Positions 30,999-39,782 of a stretch of DNA of 64,000 nt are shown here, one piece after another (position 1 is the stretch's first letter; each line of letters begins with the position of its first letter). The notes beneath the pieces are model-generated. The model was not told the origin of the DNA. It was given only the letters and a program-made list of their open reading frames with translations, and did not search any database. The translations under genes were made by a program, and so were the position numbers. The DNA comes from Marinicella marina (lineage in GTDB: Bacteria > Pseudomonadota > Gammaproteobacteria > Xanthomonadales > Marinicellaceae), in NCBI RefSeq assembly GCF_026410145.1, contig NZ_JAPMLO010000004.1. One strand, 5' to 3'.

Positions 30999-33002
30999 TT
31001 AACTTTCGGTGTCTTGCTCATCGTTGCGAGACAATTTCTTGATCATTTGAGTGATGGTGTCTTTATCAAAACTCTTACCGTTACCCAAACTCATGACCTT
31101 AGCCACCGCAGCTTGTAAGATGTCGCTTTTACCAATGGCACCATCTACCGCTTTACCCACTGCCAACGAACTCATGAACTTCTCTAAGAAGTCACCATTG
31201 CCACCGACAATATCGATATTCGCTTCTTTTAAAGCCTCTGCCAGTACTTTGGCTTGGGTTTCAGCAATACCCGTATTGGCCTCAATCGCTTTCATGTTCT
31301 CAACATGCGACATGTCTAAGCCCATGCGAAACTCCTCATGTTCTCTGACCGTCTCATCCATGGTCGCCAGCGCCGCAAACTTCTCTTTCAAACCTCGTGC
31401 TTCTGCCGCATAGCGTTCTTCGATGGCTTGTGCTTCAGCCACTTTAATCTTCACTGCGACCATGGCTTGTTGTTCTTCACCTTGAGCATCCGCTTCTTTC
31501 ACCCGCACATTGGCCATGCCTATATCCTCAGCACCGACCGCCTCTGCTTTGAATTTCTCTGCCATCACAGCCGCTTCTGCCTCACCTTGTTTCTGATGAG
31601 CGGCGGCTTTGGCTTCTATGACTTTGGCTTCTGCCAAACCAGTGGCAGCCGCTTCCTCACGCACACCTTCAGCCAATCTGATTTTGGCATCGGCTTCTTT
31701 GGCTGCTGATTCACGTGCCGCCTCAGCCAGAGTGATGCGCTCACTGGCACGGTGTTTGGCTGTGGTTTCTTGTGCTTCGGCCGCTTTGATTTCCTTGATT
31801 AAATCTTGTTCTGCCAAAGCTTCAGCTGCAATCACCTGAGCTTGTTTGTTGCGTTTGGCTTCTTCCACCACCCGCAGTTCATTGATTTTTTCTTCTTGCT
31901 CAGCCACTGTTTTTTCTACCGCTATGCGTTCACGCACCACATCTGCAATGTTTTTCTTTTCAACCTCAAGGTCTTTTTCTTTGTTGATTTCTTGCAGCGC
32001 CACTTCACGTTCACGGCCAACAATTTCTAACTGTCTAACCTTAGTGACTTTTTCTTCTTCGATTGCCACCGCACGCATGCGGTTATTGGCCGCCACTTCA
32101 ACTTCTCGCTGTTTGTTTTCTTCCAGTACCATCAGTTCTTGATCGGTAGCAATCCTGGCTGTTTCTGCTTTCAGGCGTTCTTCACTTTCAATTTTTTCTT
32201 TTTCAGCTTCCTCGCGGGCTTTGACCGAAGCAATTTCGCGCATCTGCCTGGCCTCTGCATCGGCTTCAATGCGTTCCAACTCTAAAATTCGCTCCCTGGC
32301 TTCAACATCCCTTTTCTTGATTTTGGTTTCCTCTTCACGCTCAAACTCATTGGTGAGGATTTTTTGTTTCGCCGTTAACTCAGTGATTTTACGAATACCC
32401 TGGGCATCCAAGATGTTGTTCTCATCCAAAGACGAAATCGGCGTTTGCTCCAAATAGTCAATCGCCGCATCTTCCAACACATAACCATTCAAGTCTTTAC
32501 CAATGACCATGATGATTTCATCCCTGAAGCGATCACGTTCTTCATACAACTCCTCAAACTCAAGTTTTTTACCCACAGTTTTTAAAGCTTCTGAGAACTT
32601 GGCACTGAATAACTCTTCTATGGTGGCTTGTTTAGATGCCCGCTCACAACCAATCGCTTGTGCCACTTTCAGTACGTCTTCTTTGGTTTTATTAACTCGA
32701 ACAAAGAAGGTTACCTTGATATCCGCCCTGATGTTGTCCTTACAAATCAATCCATCTTGAGCCCGACGATCAATCTCAATGGTCTTGAGTGATATGTTCA
32801 TGAATTCCTTTTTATGAATAACTGGCCACACGGTGCGACCCGTAAAGGTCACTTCCGGTGTTTCTTTCATGGTGTTCACAATCATGGCCTGACCCTGCTC
32901 TACCTTTTGGTAGAACTTCATCACAATCAGGGCCAACCCGATGAGTGCCAACACCACCACCCCAGCATAGGTGGCTATGGCTATTAATAAGTCGCTATTC
33001 AT
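30999..33002 (-). CDS. Flotillin-family SPFH/band-7 protein (YqiK-like)
   Basis: N-terminal TM, SPFH core, and a roughly 350-aa E/A/K-rich coiled coil (EA repeats). Confidence 0.85.
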   Translation of the reverse strand: MNSDLLIAIATYAGVVVLALIGLALIVMKFYQKVEQGQAMIVNTMKETPEVTFTGRTVWPVIHKKEFMNISLKTIEIDRRAQDGLICKDNIRADIKVTFFVRVNKTKEDVLKVAQAIGCERASKQATIEELFSAKFSEALKTVGKKLEFEELYEERDRFRDEIIMVIGKDLNGYVLEDAAIDYLEQTPISSLDENNILDAQGIRKITELTAKQKILTNEFEREEETKIKKRDVEARERILELERIEADAEARQMREIASVKAREEAEKEKIESEERLKAETARIATDQELMVLEENKQREVEVAANNRMRAVAIEEEKVTKVRQLEIVGREREVALQEINKEKDLEVEKKNIADVVRERIAVEKTVAEQEEKINELRVVEEAKRNKQAQVIAAEALAEQDLIKEIKAAEAQETTAKHRASERITLAEAARESAAKEADAKIRLAEGVREEAAATGLAEAKVIEAKAAAHQKQGEAEAAVMAEKFKAEAVGAEDIGMANVRVKEADAQGEEQQAMVAVKIKVAEAQAIEERYAAEARGLKEKFAALATMDETVREHEEFRMGLDMSHVENMKAIEANTGIAETQAKVLAEALKEANIDIVGGNGDFLEKFMSSLAVGKAVDGAIGKSDILQAAVAKVMSLGNGKSFDKDTITQMIKKLSRNDEQDTES

Positions 33003-33098
33003 TGTTTATTTCTCCTTTATCAGTCTTTGCTATATTGTCCACAACCGAAGTTGTTACTTGTTGTTTCATGGTTTGTGTTTAAGACAGACCATTTATTT

Positions 33099-33800
33099 TT
33101 AATTTAATTCTTCTGCTTTGATGACCCAGTAACTGCCGTCTTCTTCATCGTATGATTTCAGTATGACCAAATCACCTTTGGTGATGTTATCAGACACTTT
33201 GGCTCTGACATCAAACAGCATCCCTGCGCCACCATCTTGGTACTCTGCTTGGCCGAAGCTCTCAGTGACAGAGCCCGTTTTAACCAAACACTCACTGCCT
33301 ATGAAAGAAACCTTGTTTCTGGCCGTGTACGACACAAAAGCACTTTTCAGAGGCCTGATGAATTGTGCCGTGACTGGTATGGCCAAAGCAAAACTGACCA
33401 ATAACAAAGCCGCACCAACCAACCACTGTAACAGCGCCAAAGGAATCAGTGGCATAACCACTGATGCCAAAATGTAACTGATCAACCAAGCCGAAGCCAC
33501 CAAAATCGAGACCACCACAGTCACAGGCACACCAGTCAGACCCCATTTCAACATAAAGCCGGTAATCCCTCTGAGACTTTCAGGGTCAAAATCAGGATCT
33601 ACCGTAGCACCTACATCGGCATCTACATCAAGCTCAATATCTGCGTCAACATCAACATCAAGATCGAAGTCAGCATCAAACATATCAATATCAACCGCAC
33701 CTAACATCGCCAATAACCAGTAAACAATGATGATTGCCAGTAAAAAGGTAAACACAATCACAGGAAAACTCGTTATGTTTGTTAAAAAAATTTCCATCAC
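33099..33800 (-). CDS. YqiJ-like NfeD-family membrane protein (DUF1449; TM region plus C-terminal OB-fold)
   Basis: N-terminal TM, acidic D-rich linker, further TM helices, and a C-terminal beta-rich domain GDLVILKSYDEEDGSYWVIKAE as in NfeD partners of flotillins. Overlaps upstream gene by 4 bp. Confidence 0.6.
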   Translation of the reverse strand: MMEIFLTNITSFPVIVFTFLLAIIIVYWLLAMLGAVDIDMFDADFDLDVDVDADIELDVDADVGATVDPDFDPESLRGITGFMLKWGLTGVPVTVVVSILVASAWLISYILASVVMPLIPLALLQWLVGAALLLVSFALAIPVTAQFIRPLKSAFVSYTARNKVSFIGSECLVKTGSVTESFGQAEYQDGGAGMLFDVRAKVSDNITKGDLVILKSYDEEDGSYWVIKAEELN

Positions 33801-34138
33801 AGCTCCTCATCAATATTTTTGACGTGCTCAATCAGTTTTTCTGCAGCTCGCCTTTTGACCTCAACAGGGTCATTGGTTTCTAATTCATACGCTTCGGCTA
33901 AAAAAGCCATGTCATCATCAGACAGTGAGATTGATAGACGCAGTCGTTTTGGTTTTCGCGACACACTCAGACCCAGAATTTGTCTGATTCTGTCAGACGG
34001 GTTGATGCTTCTGTCTAAAGCTTCTTTTCTGATCACATATTGGATTTTCTCACCCACATCGAAAGCCACCTGGGTGGCCTTCACCGCTTTCTTCTCCTTG
34101 GCCCATTTATTCAAGATTTGTTGTTTCTTATCAGTCAT
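33797..34138 (-). CDS. Small ribbon-helix-helix (CopG-like) DNA-binding protein
   Basis: C-terminal KRLRLSISLSDDDMAFLAEAYELETNDPVEVKRRAAEKLIEHV fits the RHH beta-alpha-alpha pattern. 113 aa. Confidence 0.4.
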   Translation of the reverse strand: MTDKKQQILNKWAKEKKAVKATQVAFDVGEKIQYVIRKEALDRSINPSDRIRQILGLSVSRKPKRLRLSISLSDDDMAFLAEAYELETNDPVEVKRRAAEKLIEHVKNIDEEL

Positions 34139-34269
34139 GCAGCCAATATTTCCCTGTCAACAATCCCTGTCGACACATCAACTGCATGGTCCTTAGCCTG
34201 ATAATAAATTTGATTCATGGGTTTCATTCATTCAACTCAAAAATAAGCATTAATAAAAGTTGCAACAGA

Positions 34270-34980
34270 TCATTCCTTGTCAATGATCCTTTTCAACACA
34301 TCTGCTGCATCTTCCGTGACTTGTTCAGAAACTTCATTCTGATGTTTTTCGGTCAACACTGGCTTGCGCTCATTAACCATTGCATCATCCACTTCATATT
34401 GTTCATCAAGGCTTTGCTGTTTTCTGCGTATCCTTTCCAAGGATCGTTTGGCAGATAACATTTTGCTGTCGGCTTGGTTGAAGTTTTTGGTAATGACTTC
34501 AGTCGCCTTTTGGATGTCCGCAGTGGTTTGTACCATTGCCACCTGCCGTTCCAGTTCTTTCAATGAACGTTCGGCATTTTCCATTTGTCGAGTCAAATGA
34601 CCTAAGTGCAGTTCATGTGACTTGAGTATGCCCGCCTCGGCTGCCAGGTCTTGTTCCAGTTCAACCATTTCAGTGGCCAAATCAAAAGCCAATATTTCAT
34701 CATTTTGACTCAAAGCCTTAATGATGCGCTGCTCATGCTCATCAACTTGCGACTTCATCAACTTAACTTTTCTAGAGCATTGTGATTCTTTGGCCAATGC
34801 GTCGCTGATGGCATGTTTGGCACTGCTTAAATTAACTTTGGCCACTTCAATTTGTTTTTCGTATATTTTATTACCAGTTGAATCCATAACCGCTTCACTC
34901 AATGCCCTGGAATCATCTCTGATGACTTGAATGATCTTATCTAAGATGTTCATTCCTGCACGTTTCTTATCACCACTCAT
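34270..34980 (-). CDS. PspA/IM30 family protein (YjfJ-like; bacterial ESCRT-III homologue)
   Basis: 236-aa all-helical coiled coil. The N-terminal pattern ILDKIIQVIRDDSRALSEA parallels PspA/YjfJ. Confidence 0.75.
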   Translation of the reverse strand: MSGDKKRAGMNILDKIIQVIRDDSRALSEAVMDSTGNKIYEKQIEVAKVNLSSAKHAISDALAKESQCSRKVKLMKSQVDEHEQRIIKALSQNDEILAFDLATEMVELEQDLAAEAGILKSHELHLGHLTRQMENAERSLKELERQVAMVQTTADIQKATEVITKNFNQADSKMLSAKRSLERIRRKQQSLDEQYEVDDAMVNERKPVLTEKHQNEVSEQVTEDAADVLKRIIDKE

Positions 34981-35384
34981 TTTAAGAAGTCCTCCATGGC
35001 CGATACCACATCAACAGCGTTTTCGTTCAACATCACCACCTCTTCCACCACTTTATCTAACTCAGAACTGACCGATAAAGCACCGAAAAGCACATACCGA
35101 TCGCCTACCCTGGCGTAAGATGACAATGGTATTGAAATGCTGGTATCAAGCATCATTTCTAACATCTCAGTGCGCCTGTCTGCTCTGATTTCATCCTCGG
35201 TCCATAAATAGATGATACAAATGATTTGAAATTGAGTTTGCGTAATAAACACCGGAAAACCATCAAACCCATTGATCTCAACCTGTAACACTTCTACTTC
35301 CCCAGTGATTCTTTGGCAATCAAAAGTAAAGCCTTCCGTGGTTCTGTGTTGAGATAATTTAATGGCAAAATCCTCTGTGTTCAT
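34977..35384 (-). CDS. YjfI-like DUF2170 protein
   Basis: 135 aa immediately 5' of the PspA/YjfJ-like gene with a 4-bp overlap, as in the E. coli yjfI-yjfJ pair. Confidence 0.5.
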   Translation of the reverse strand: MNTEDFAIKLSQHRTTEGFTFDCQRITGEVEVLQVEINGFDGFPVFITQTQFQIICIIYLWTEDEIRADRRTEMLEMMLDTSISIPLSSYARVGDRYVLFGALSVSSELDKVVEEVVMLNENAVDVVSAMEDFLK

Positions 35385-35419
35385 ATCGTTTTTCTCTCCT
35401 TCATCTGCTCAATGCATGA

Positions 35420-35452
35420 TGACATAATATGTCACAATGACATAATATGTCA
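35420..35452. promoter_or_regulatory. Two tandem copies of perfect 15-bp palindrome TGACATAATATGTCA (putative operator) upstream of yjfI-pspA operon
   Basis: 35420..35434 and 35438..35452 are identical, with 7-1-7 inverted-repeat symmetry. Further TGACAT/ATGTCA-like half-sites follow at 35464-35490. Sits 36-68 bp 5' of the yjfI-like start on the minus strand. Confidence 0.6.
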
Positions 35453-35583
35453 ATGTGCATGAAGTCACATATGAACTGTATTTGACATCTAGGCAGGTAT
35501 GAAAATGAATTAAATAAGGGGCTTATATGATTGTAAAACTTAACAATAAATAAAAAAATTACCCGAAAAGTAAGTGGCTGAAA

Positions 35584-36570
35584 TTAATTTTGATTATTTT
35601 CTGGTTCAATTTCATGCAGCGCTGCGCTTGAGTCATCACTGACCTGCTGCATGTGTTCAAGGGTCTGATCAATCAATACTTTGGCTTGTTCTAATTTGGC
35701 CGTATCGATTCTGAAGTGCTCGGCATGCTTTTGCTGGCGTTGATTGTTGTTGGCCATCGCCACACCAGCTGCCACATCCAGAGCGGCTGTGGTGGTCATC
35801 ACCGTTTGGTCAATATCACGGATCAAGCTTTGGTTTTGTTTGATGATCAATTCTACGGTCATCATCGCTTGTCTGGCGATCAAGGATTGTTGTTGTAGGT
35901 CGATCAAGCGTTGTTGCACTGGGCCAAGTAATTCATCATCAATGACCGCTAAGTGATGGGCACTGATTGTTAAGGTATCTGCGCTGCGTAGTTTGAGTTG
36001 TTGTTCGAAGACAGTCACGAAATCAAAGCTTTGGGTCAGTTTTTGCAAACCCGCCATCAACGCTTCATGATCGCCGTTGAGAATCTGATTGTCGCGCATC
36101 AACTGCCGCTTTTCAGCATTTAACTGTTCCACCAATCCAACCATCACTTTGCGTTTTTCCGGGAAATTATCCAACCACATTTGATAAGCTGATTCTCGCC
36201 AAGAAAACAACAACAAAAAACGTTCCCTCCAGCTCAATCTGCGTTGAGGAGGTTGCATGTCAGCCACCTGTTGCGAAAGTTGAGCCAGTAACTTTGATAC
36301 CTTACCACCGGCATCGGTATCTGCCATCAATTGTTGCAAAGGATGAATCAAGCGCTTATTCAACTGCCAATAAGCCGCCTGCTCCTCTGCCCCCAACTCA
36401 AATAAGGCATTCCTGACTTGATCAACCAACTGTAAATCATTGAAATCCATCGCCAGCACCCAATCAACCAATTGATCAGCAGCTTTTTCTATGTATGCCT
36501 CAGACTCATGACTGATCATTGCATGATCAAGTGTGCTTAATTGTTTAAAAGTTGCCAGTGCAGCCTTCAT
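35584..36570 (-). CDS. TelA-like toxic-anion-resistance family protein
   Basis: 328-aa helical protein. LVDQVRN segment matches the conserved LLDQVRN region of TelA/KlaB/YaaN. Confidence 0.5.
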   Translation of the reverse strand: MKAALATFKQLSTLDHAMISHESEAYIEKAADQLVDWVLAMDFNDLQLVDQVRNALFELGAEEQAAYWQLNKRLIHPLQQLMADTDAGGKVSKLLAQLSQQVADMQPPQRRLSWRERFLLLFSWRESAYQMWLDNFPEKRKVMVGLVEQLNAEKRQLMRDNQILNGDHEALMAGLQKLTQSFDFVTVFEQQLKLRSADTLTISAHHLAVIDDELLGPVQQRLIDLQQQSLIARQAMMTVELIIKQNQSLIRDIDQTVMTTTAALDVAAGVAMANNNQRQQKHAEHFRIDTAKLEQAKVLIDQTLEHMQQVSDDSSAALHEIEPENNQN

Positions 36571-36695
36571 TAAAGATTAACCATCCTGTTGTTTTTTCCT
36601 ATTATATACATGTATCATTCAAAGACATAAGCCTCAAATAAACAAGGTTTAATTAATCAAGATTTCTCAGAATAACAATAAACCTACTAAAGCCT

Positions 36696-37106
36696 ATGAA
36701 ACAATTTCACCTCAGTATCAAAACCCCAGGACGTGGATATTATTTAATCACTGACCAAATCAATCGGTGTGTTGAAGAAGCTCTGGCTGGGCTTGATGTG
36801 GGTTTGTTGCATGTATTCTTGCAGCATTCATCGGCCAGTCTGACCATCAACGAAAATGCCGATCCGACGGTACGTGAGGATTTCAAGAACTTTGAGGAAA
36901 AGTTGGTACCTAGGAATTTTCCCTATCGGCATAACTATGAGGGTGATGATGACATGCCTGCGCACATAAAATCTTCACTGATGGGCTGTCAATTATCCAT
37001 ACCAATCAGCGGTGGACGTTTGGCACTGGGCACTTGGCAGGGAATTTATTTGTGTGAGCACCGCGATCAACCACATCAAAGAAATATGGTATTAACCATC
37101 TATTAA
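36696..37106 (+). CDS. YjbQ/UPF0047 secondary thiamine-phosphate synthase-like protein
   Basis: 136 aa. HSSASLTINENADPTV, MGCQLSIPISGGRLALGTWQGIYLCEHR are conserved YjbQ blocks. Confidence 0.8.
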   Translation: MKQFHLSIKTPGRGYYLITDQINRCVEEALAGLDVGLLHVFLQHSSASLTINENADPTVREDFKNFEEKLVPRNFPYRHNYEGDDDMPAHIKSSLMGCQLSIPISGGRLALGTWQGIYLCEHRDQPHQRNMVLTIY

Positions 37107-37481
37107 ACTGCAACCAGTTGGCTGCAACCAGTTGGCAGAAATCAATTGGGGGATGACACCTGATTTGAGGTGTTTTTATCAGTGCTTCCAGTCTCTAACG
37201 TGCTGACGGCATAGCTTGCAGCAATTACCACAATTACCGCAAATACAATGTATCTTTTATAACCTTTGAATTGTCTGATCATATTTGTTTTTTACAGTCT
37301 TAAAAAATTAATTAATAATCTCAATAAACATGTTTAAAATAAACCTAGTTTCATGAAGGCATTGTGAATCAATTGTTAACACGGTCTGAACCAACTGGTA
37401 TCAACGATTGTTACCATTGGCGCATAAAAAGTCTTAAGTTAACAACACTCAAACACAACAACAGAACTTAAATTAGGGATT

Positions 37482-38429
37482 ATGAAGAATAAATCAAGTG
37501 TAAAAGTAGGACTTGCTCTTGGCAGTGGCTCTGCCAGAGGCATGTCACACATCGGTGTGATTAAAGCTTTGGAGGCGATGGGCATCAAGGCAGACATTGT
37601 GGCGGGTTGTTCTGTGGGCAGTATGGTTGGTGCCAGTTATGCCACCAACAATTTATCCCACTTAGAGGAATGGGCGTTATCAATGAACGAATCAAAGGTT
37701 CGTTCTTTCCTCAGCCTCAACTTCAATGCCTCTGGATTCATCAATTCGATGAAGTTAAAGAAGCTTTTTGAACATGCCATTGGCCTTGAATCATTGAAGT
37801 TCAAAGACATGGACAGACCGTTTGGCGCAGTGGCAACCGACTTAAGTACCGGCAAAGAGGTTTGGTTGAATGAAGGTTCAGTGCATGATGCTTTGTGGTC
37901 ATCGATGGCTTTTCCGGGACTTTTTCCCAGTGTCAAACACGGTAACAAGTGGTTGGTTGATGGCGGCTTAGTCAACCCCGTACCCGTCTCTTTGTGTCGC
38001 GCCATGGGCGCTGAGAAAGTCATTGCAGTCAATCTCAATGCCGATATCATTAACAGTTACAAAGCCGTCAGCGATGAAGATGAAGAAGATGACTCATTAC
38101 CTGAGGATCCATTGGCTGATCAGGATGATGCTGGCCTGTGGGACAAAACCAAAGCGGGCTTTGAGAAAGCCGTTAAATTAATCAGTGCCGATGGCAGCAA
38201 AGTCAAAGAACCCAAAGGCATCGATGTGATTTCTAATTCCATTCACATCATGTCCTCGCATTTGACCCGCAGCAGATTAGCCGGCGAGCCACCTGATGTG
38301 TTATTGCAGCCACGGTTAACAGATGTTGGGCTGTTAGAGCTGCACAAATCAAAAGGGTGTATTGAGGAAGGTAAAAAGAGCGTTGAGCGAATGTCTGAAG
38401 AAATTAAATTCAGAATTTTTGGCGAATAA
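37482..38429 (+). CDS. Patatin-like phospholipase
   Basis: GSGSARG oxyanion motif, GCSVGS (GxSxG) nucleophile, DGG catalytic Asp. Confidence 0.85.
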   Translation: MKNKSSVKVGLALGSGSARGMSHIGVIKALEAMGIKADIVAGCSVGSMVGASYATNNLSHLEEWALSMNESKVRSFLSLNFNASGFINSMKLKKLFEHAIGLESLKFKDMDRPFGAVATDLSTGKEVWLNEGSVHDALWSSMAFPGLFPSVKHGNKWLVDGGLVNPVPVSLCRAMGAEKVIAVNLNADIINSYKAVSDEDEEDDSLPEDPLADQDDAGLWDKTKAGFEKAVKLISADGSKVKEPKGIDVISNSIHIMSSHLTRSRLAGEPPDVLLQPRLTDVGLLELHKSKGCIEEGKKSVERMSEEIKFRIFGE

Positions 38430-38436
38430 TTGAGTT

Positions 38437-39702
38437 ATGTCCGCTGGCAACAAATCAACCATAGAACTACCGATTAATTTGTCACTGGCTTTGGGTGCCT
38501 ACACCACAAAGATATGGGTAGGATCTGACAAGACGGAGTTAAATGTGCTGCTTGATACGGGCAGCAGCACCCTGGCCATTGATGCCGAAGTTTATCAGGC
38601 TGGTGCTGACCAATCTTTACAAGCAACCCAATACGCTCAAAGCGTCGTTTATGGTAAAGGTGGCTGGGCCGGACCGGTGATTCGCACTGAGATAACGCTT
38701 GATCACAGCGACCAATATTTACTCAATGATGCGCCCTTGGCCCTGACCAAGAGCGCTACAAAAAATGATTTTCAAAATGCGGATGGTATTTGGGGCTTGG
38801 CCTATCACCATTTGAACAAAGCTTATGATGTCAGTTCATCACTTGAGCAAATCATACCACCACAAAAAACTACCCATCCCTGGCCATATACCGAACAAGT
38901 AAAGGAAATCGGTGTTCATGGATTCAAGAAATATTTACACCAATTTCCAGAACATGACATCACCCCTACTTTTACTGCCTTCGAAGAAAACAACATCATC
39001 AACAACCAATTTGCACTGAGTACCAATCGCTCCATTGTCTACGTACCCCAAGCAGGCATGAGTCAGCATGAAATCGCTGCACATGCAATGAATCGAGGTT
39101 TGTTCCAGATTGGTGTGACAGCCACCACACAAGAAAAAATCAGCATGGCAGTGGTGCATGATGCTTATTACAATGCTGATTTAATTGCTGTGCGTGTTGC
39201 AGGCTTTGGTGCTTGTAAGGCACCACCGCTAGAGGCTGATAAACTCAATAGTTTTTTCTCTAATGCCATCATAGATTCAGGCTGTAGTTTTTTGGTACTA
39301 CAAAAACAGCTGTATGAATATGTATTGAATTGTTTTGAAAAACTCAATCCCACATTCAGACCTGCACTTGAGGCAGCACAACAAGCATTCAGTCAAAATA
39401 AACCCTATAAAAACAATCAATTGGATCTCAGTCAGTGGCCAATTTTGACCTTTAAATTTGTCGGCACAGATTCTGAATCAATCGAATTAGAGCTACCGCC
39501 ACAATGTTATTGGCAGGAACACGCCAAAAGTCCTGATAATTGGATGTTTATGTTGATGAACCAAATGCCTCAATGGCCCAATCAAACCATCTGCGGACTG
39601 CCACTTATGAACAATTACCAATGTATTTTTGACCGCTCAGATCAGCAAAACGGTAGCATTCACTGGCTAAAGAAAGCTGTTCTAGCGCCAGATAAAAAAT
39701 AA
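38437..39702 (+). CDS. Pepsin-like (family A1) aspartic peptidase, bacterial shewasin-like, no signal peptide
   Basis: Two catalytic motifs with hydrophobic context: VLLDTGSSTLAI and AIIDSGCSFLVL. Flap-like YGKGGWAG. 421 aa, bilobal spacing. Confidence 0.7.
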   Translation: MSAGNKSTIELPINLSLALGAYTTKIWVGSDKTELNVLLDTGSSTLAIDAEVYQAGADQSLQATQYAQSVVYGKGGWAGPVIRTEITLDHSDQYLLNDAPLALTKSATKNDFQNADGIWGLAYHHLNKAYDVSSSLEQIIPPQKTTHPWPYTEQVKEIGVHGFKKYLHQFPEHDITPTFTAFEENNIINNQFALSTNRSIVYVPQAGMSQHEIAAHAMNRGLFQIGVTATTQEKISMAVVHDAYYNADLIAVRVAGFGACKAPPLEADKLNSFFSNAIIDSGCSFLVLQKQLYEYVLNCFEKLNPTFRPALEAAQQAFSQNKPYKNNQLDLSQWPILTFKFVGTDSESIELELPPQCYWQEHAKSPDNWMFMLMNQMPQWPNQTICGLPLMNNYQCIFDRSDQQNGSIHWLKKAVLAPDKK

Positions 39703-39782
39703 CATTAAGGTCATAACGACAATTAATTGACACCATTCAAATACAATTCATGTTCTTTTAAAACTAACTATAATCGACACGG

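Noticed and set aside
31400-32450. Periodic short DNA repeats (gcttctgc, ttcttc and similar) that could be mistaken for a CRISPR-like or tandem-repeat array
   Set aside because: The periodicity is the codon-level image of the E/A/K coiled-coil repeats in flotillin. There are no identical spacer-separated repeats, so it is not a CRISPR array.
31051-32760. String of 74-123-aa plus-strand ORFs (Ala/Ser/Leu-rich) inside the flotillin gene, and many similar 60-100-aa ORFs antisense to other large genes
   Set aside because: They are antisense read-through of GC-biased or EA-repeat coding sequence. They have no start context, lie entirely within well-supported longer genes on the other strand, and show low-complexity composition. 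Treated as spurious.
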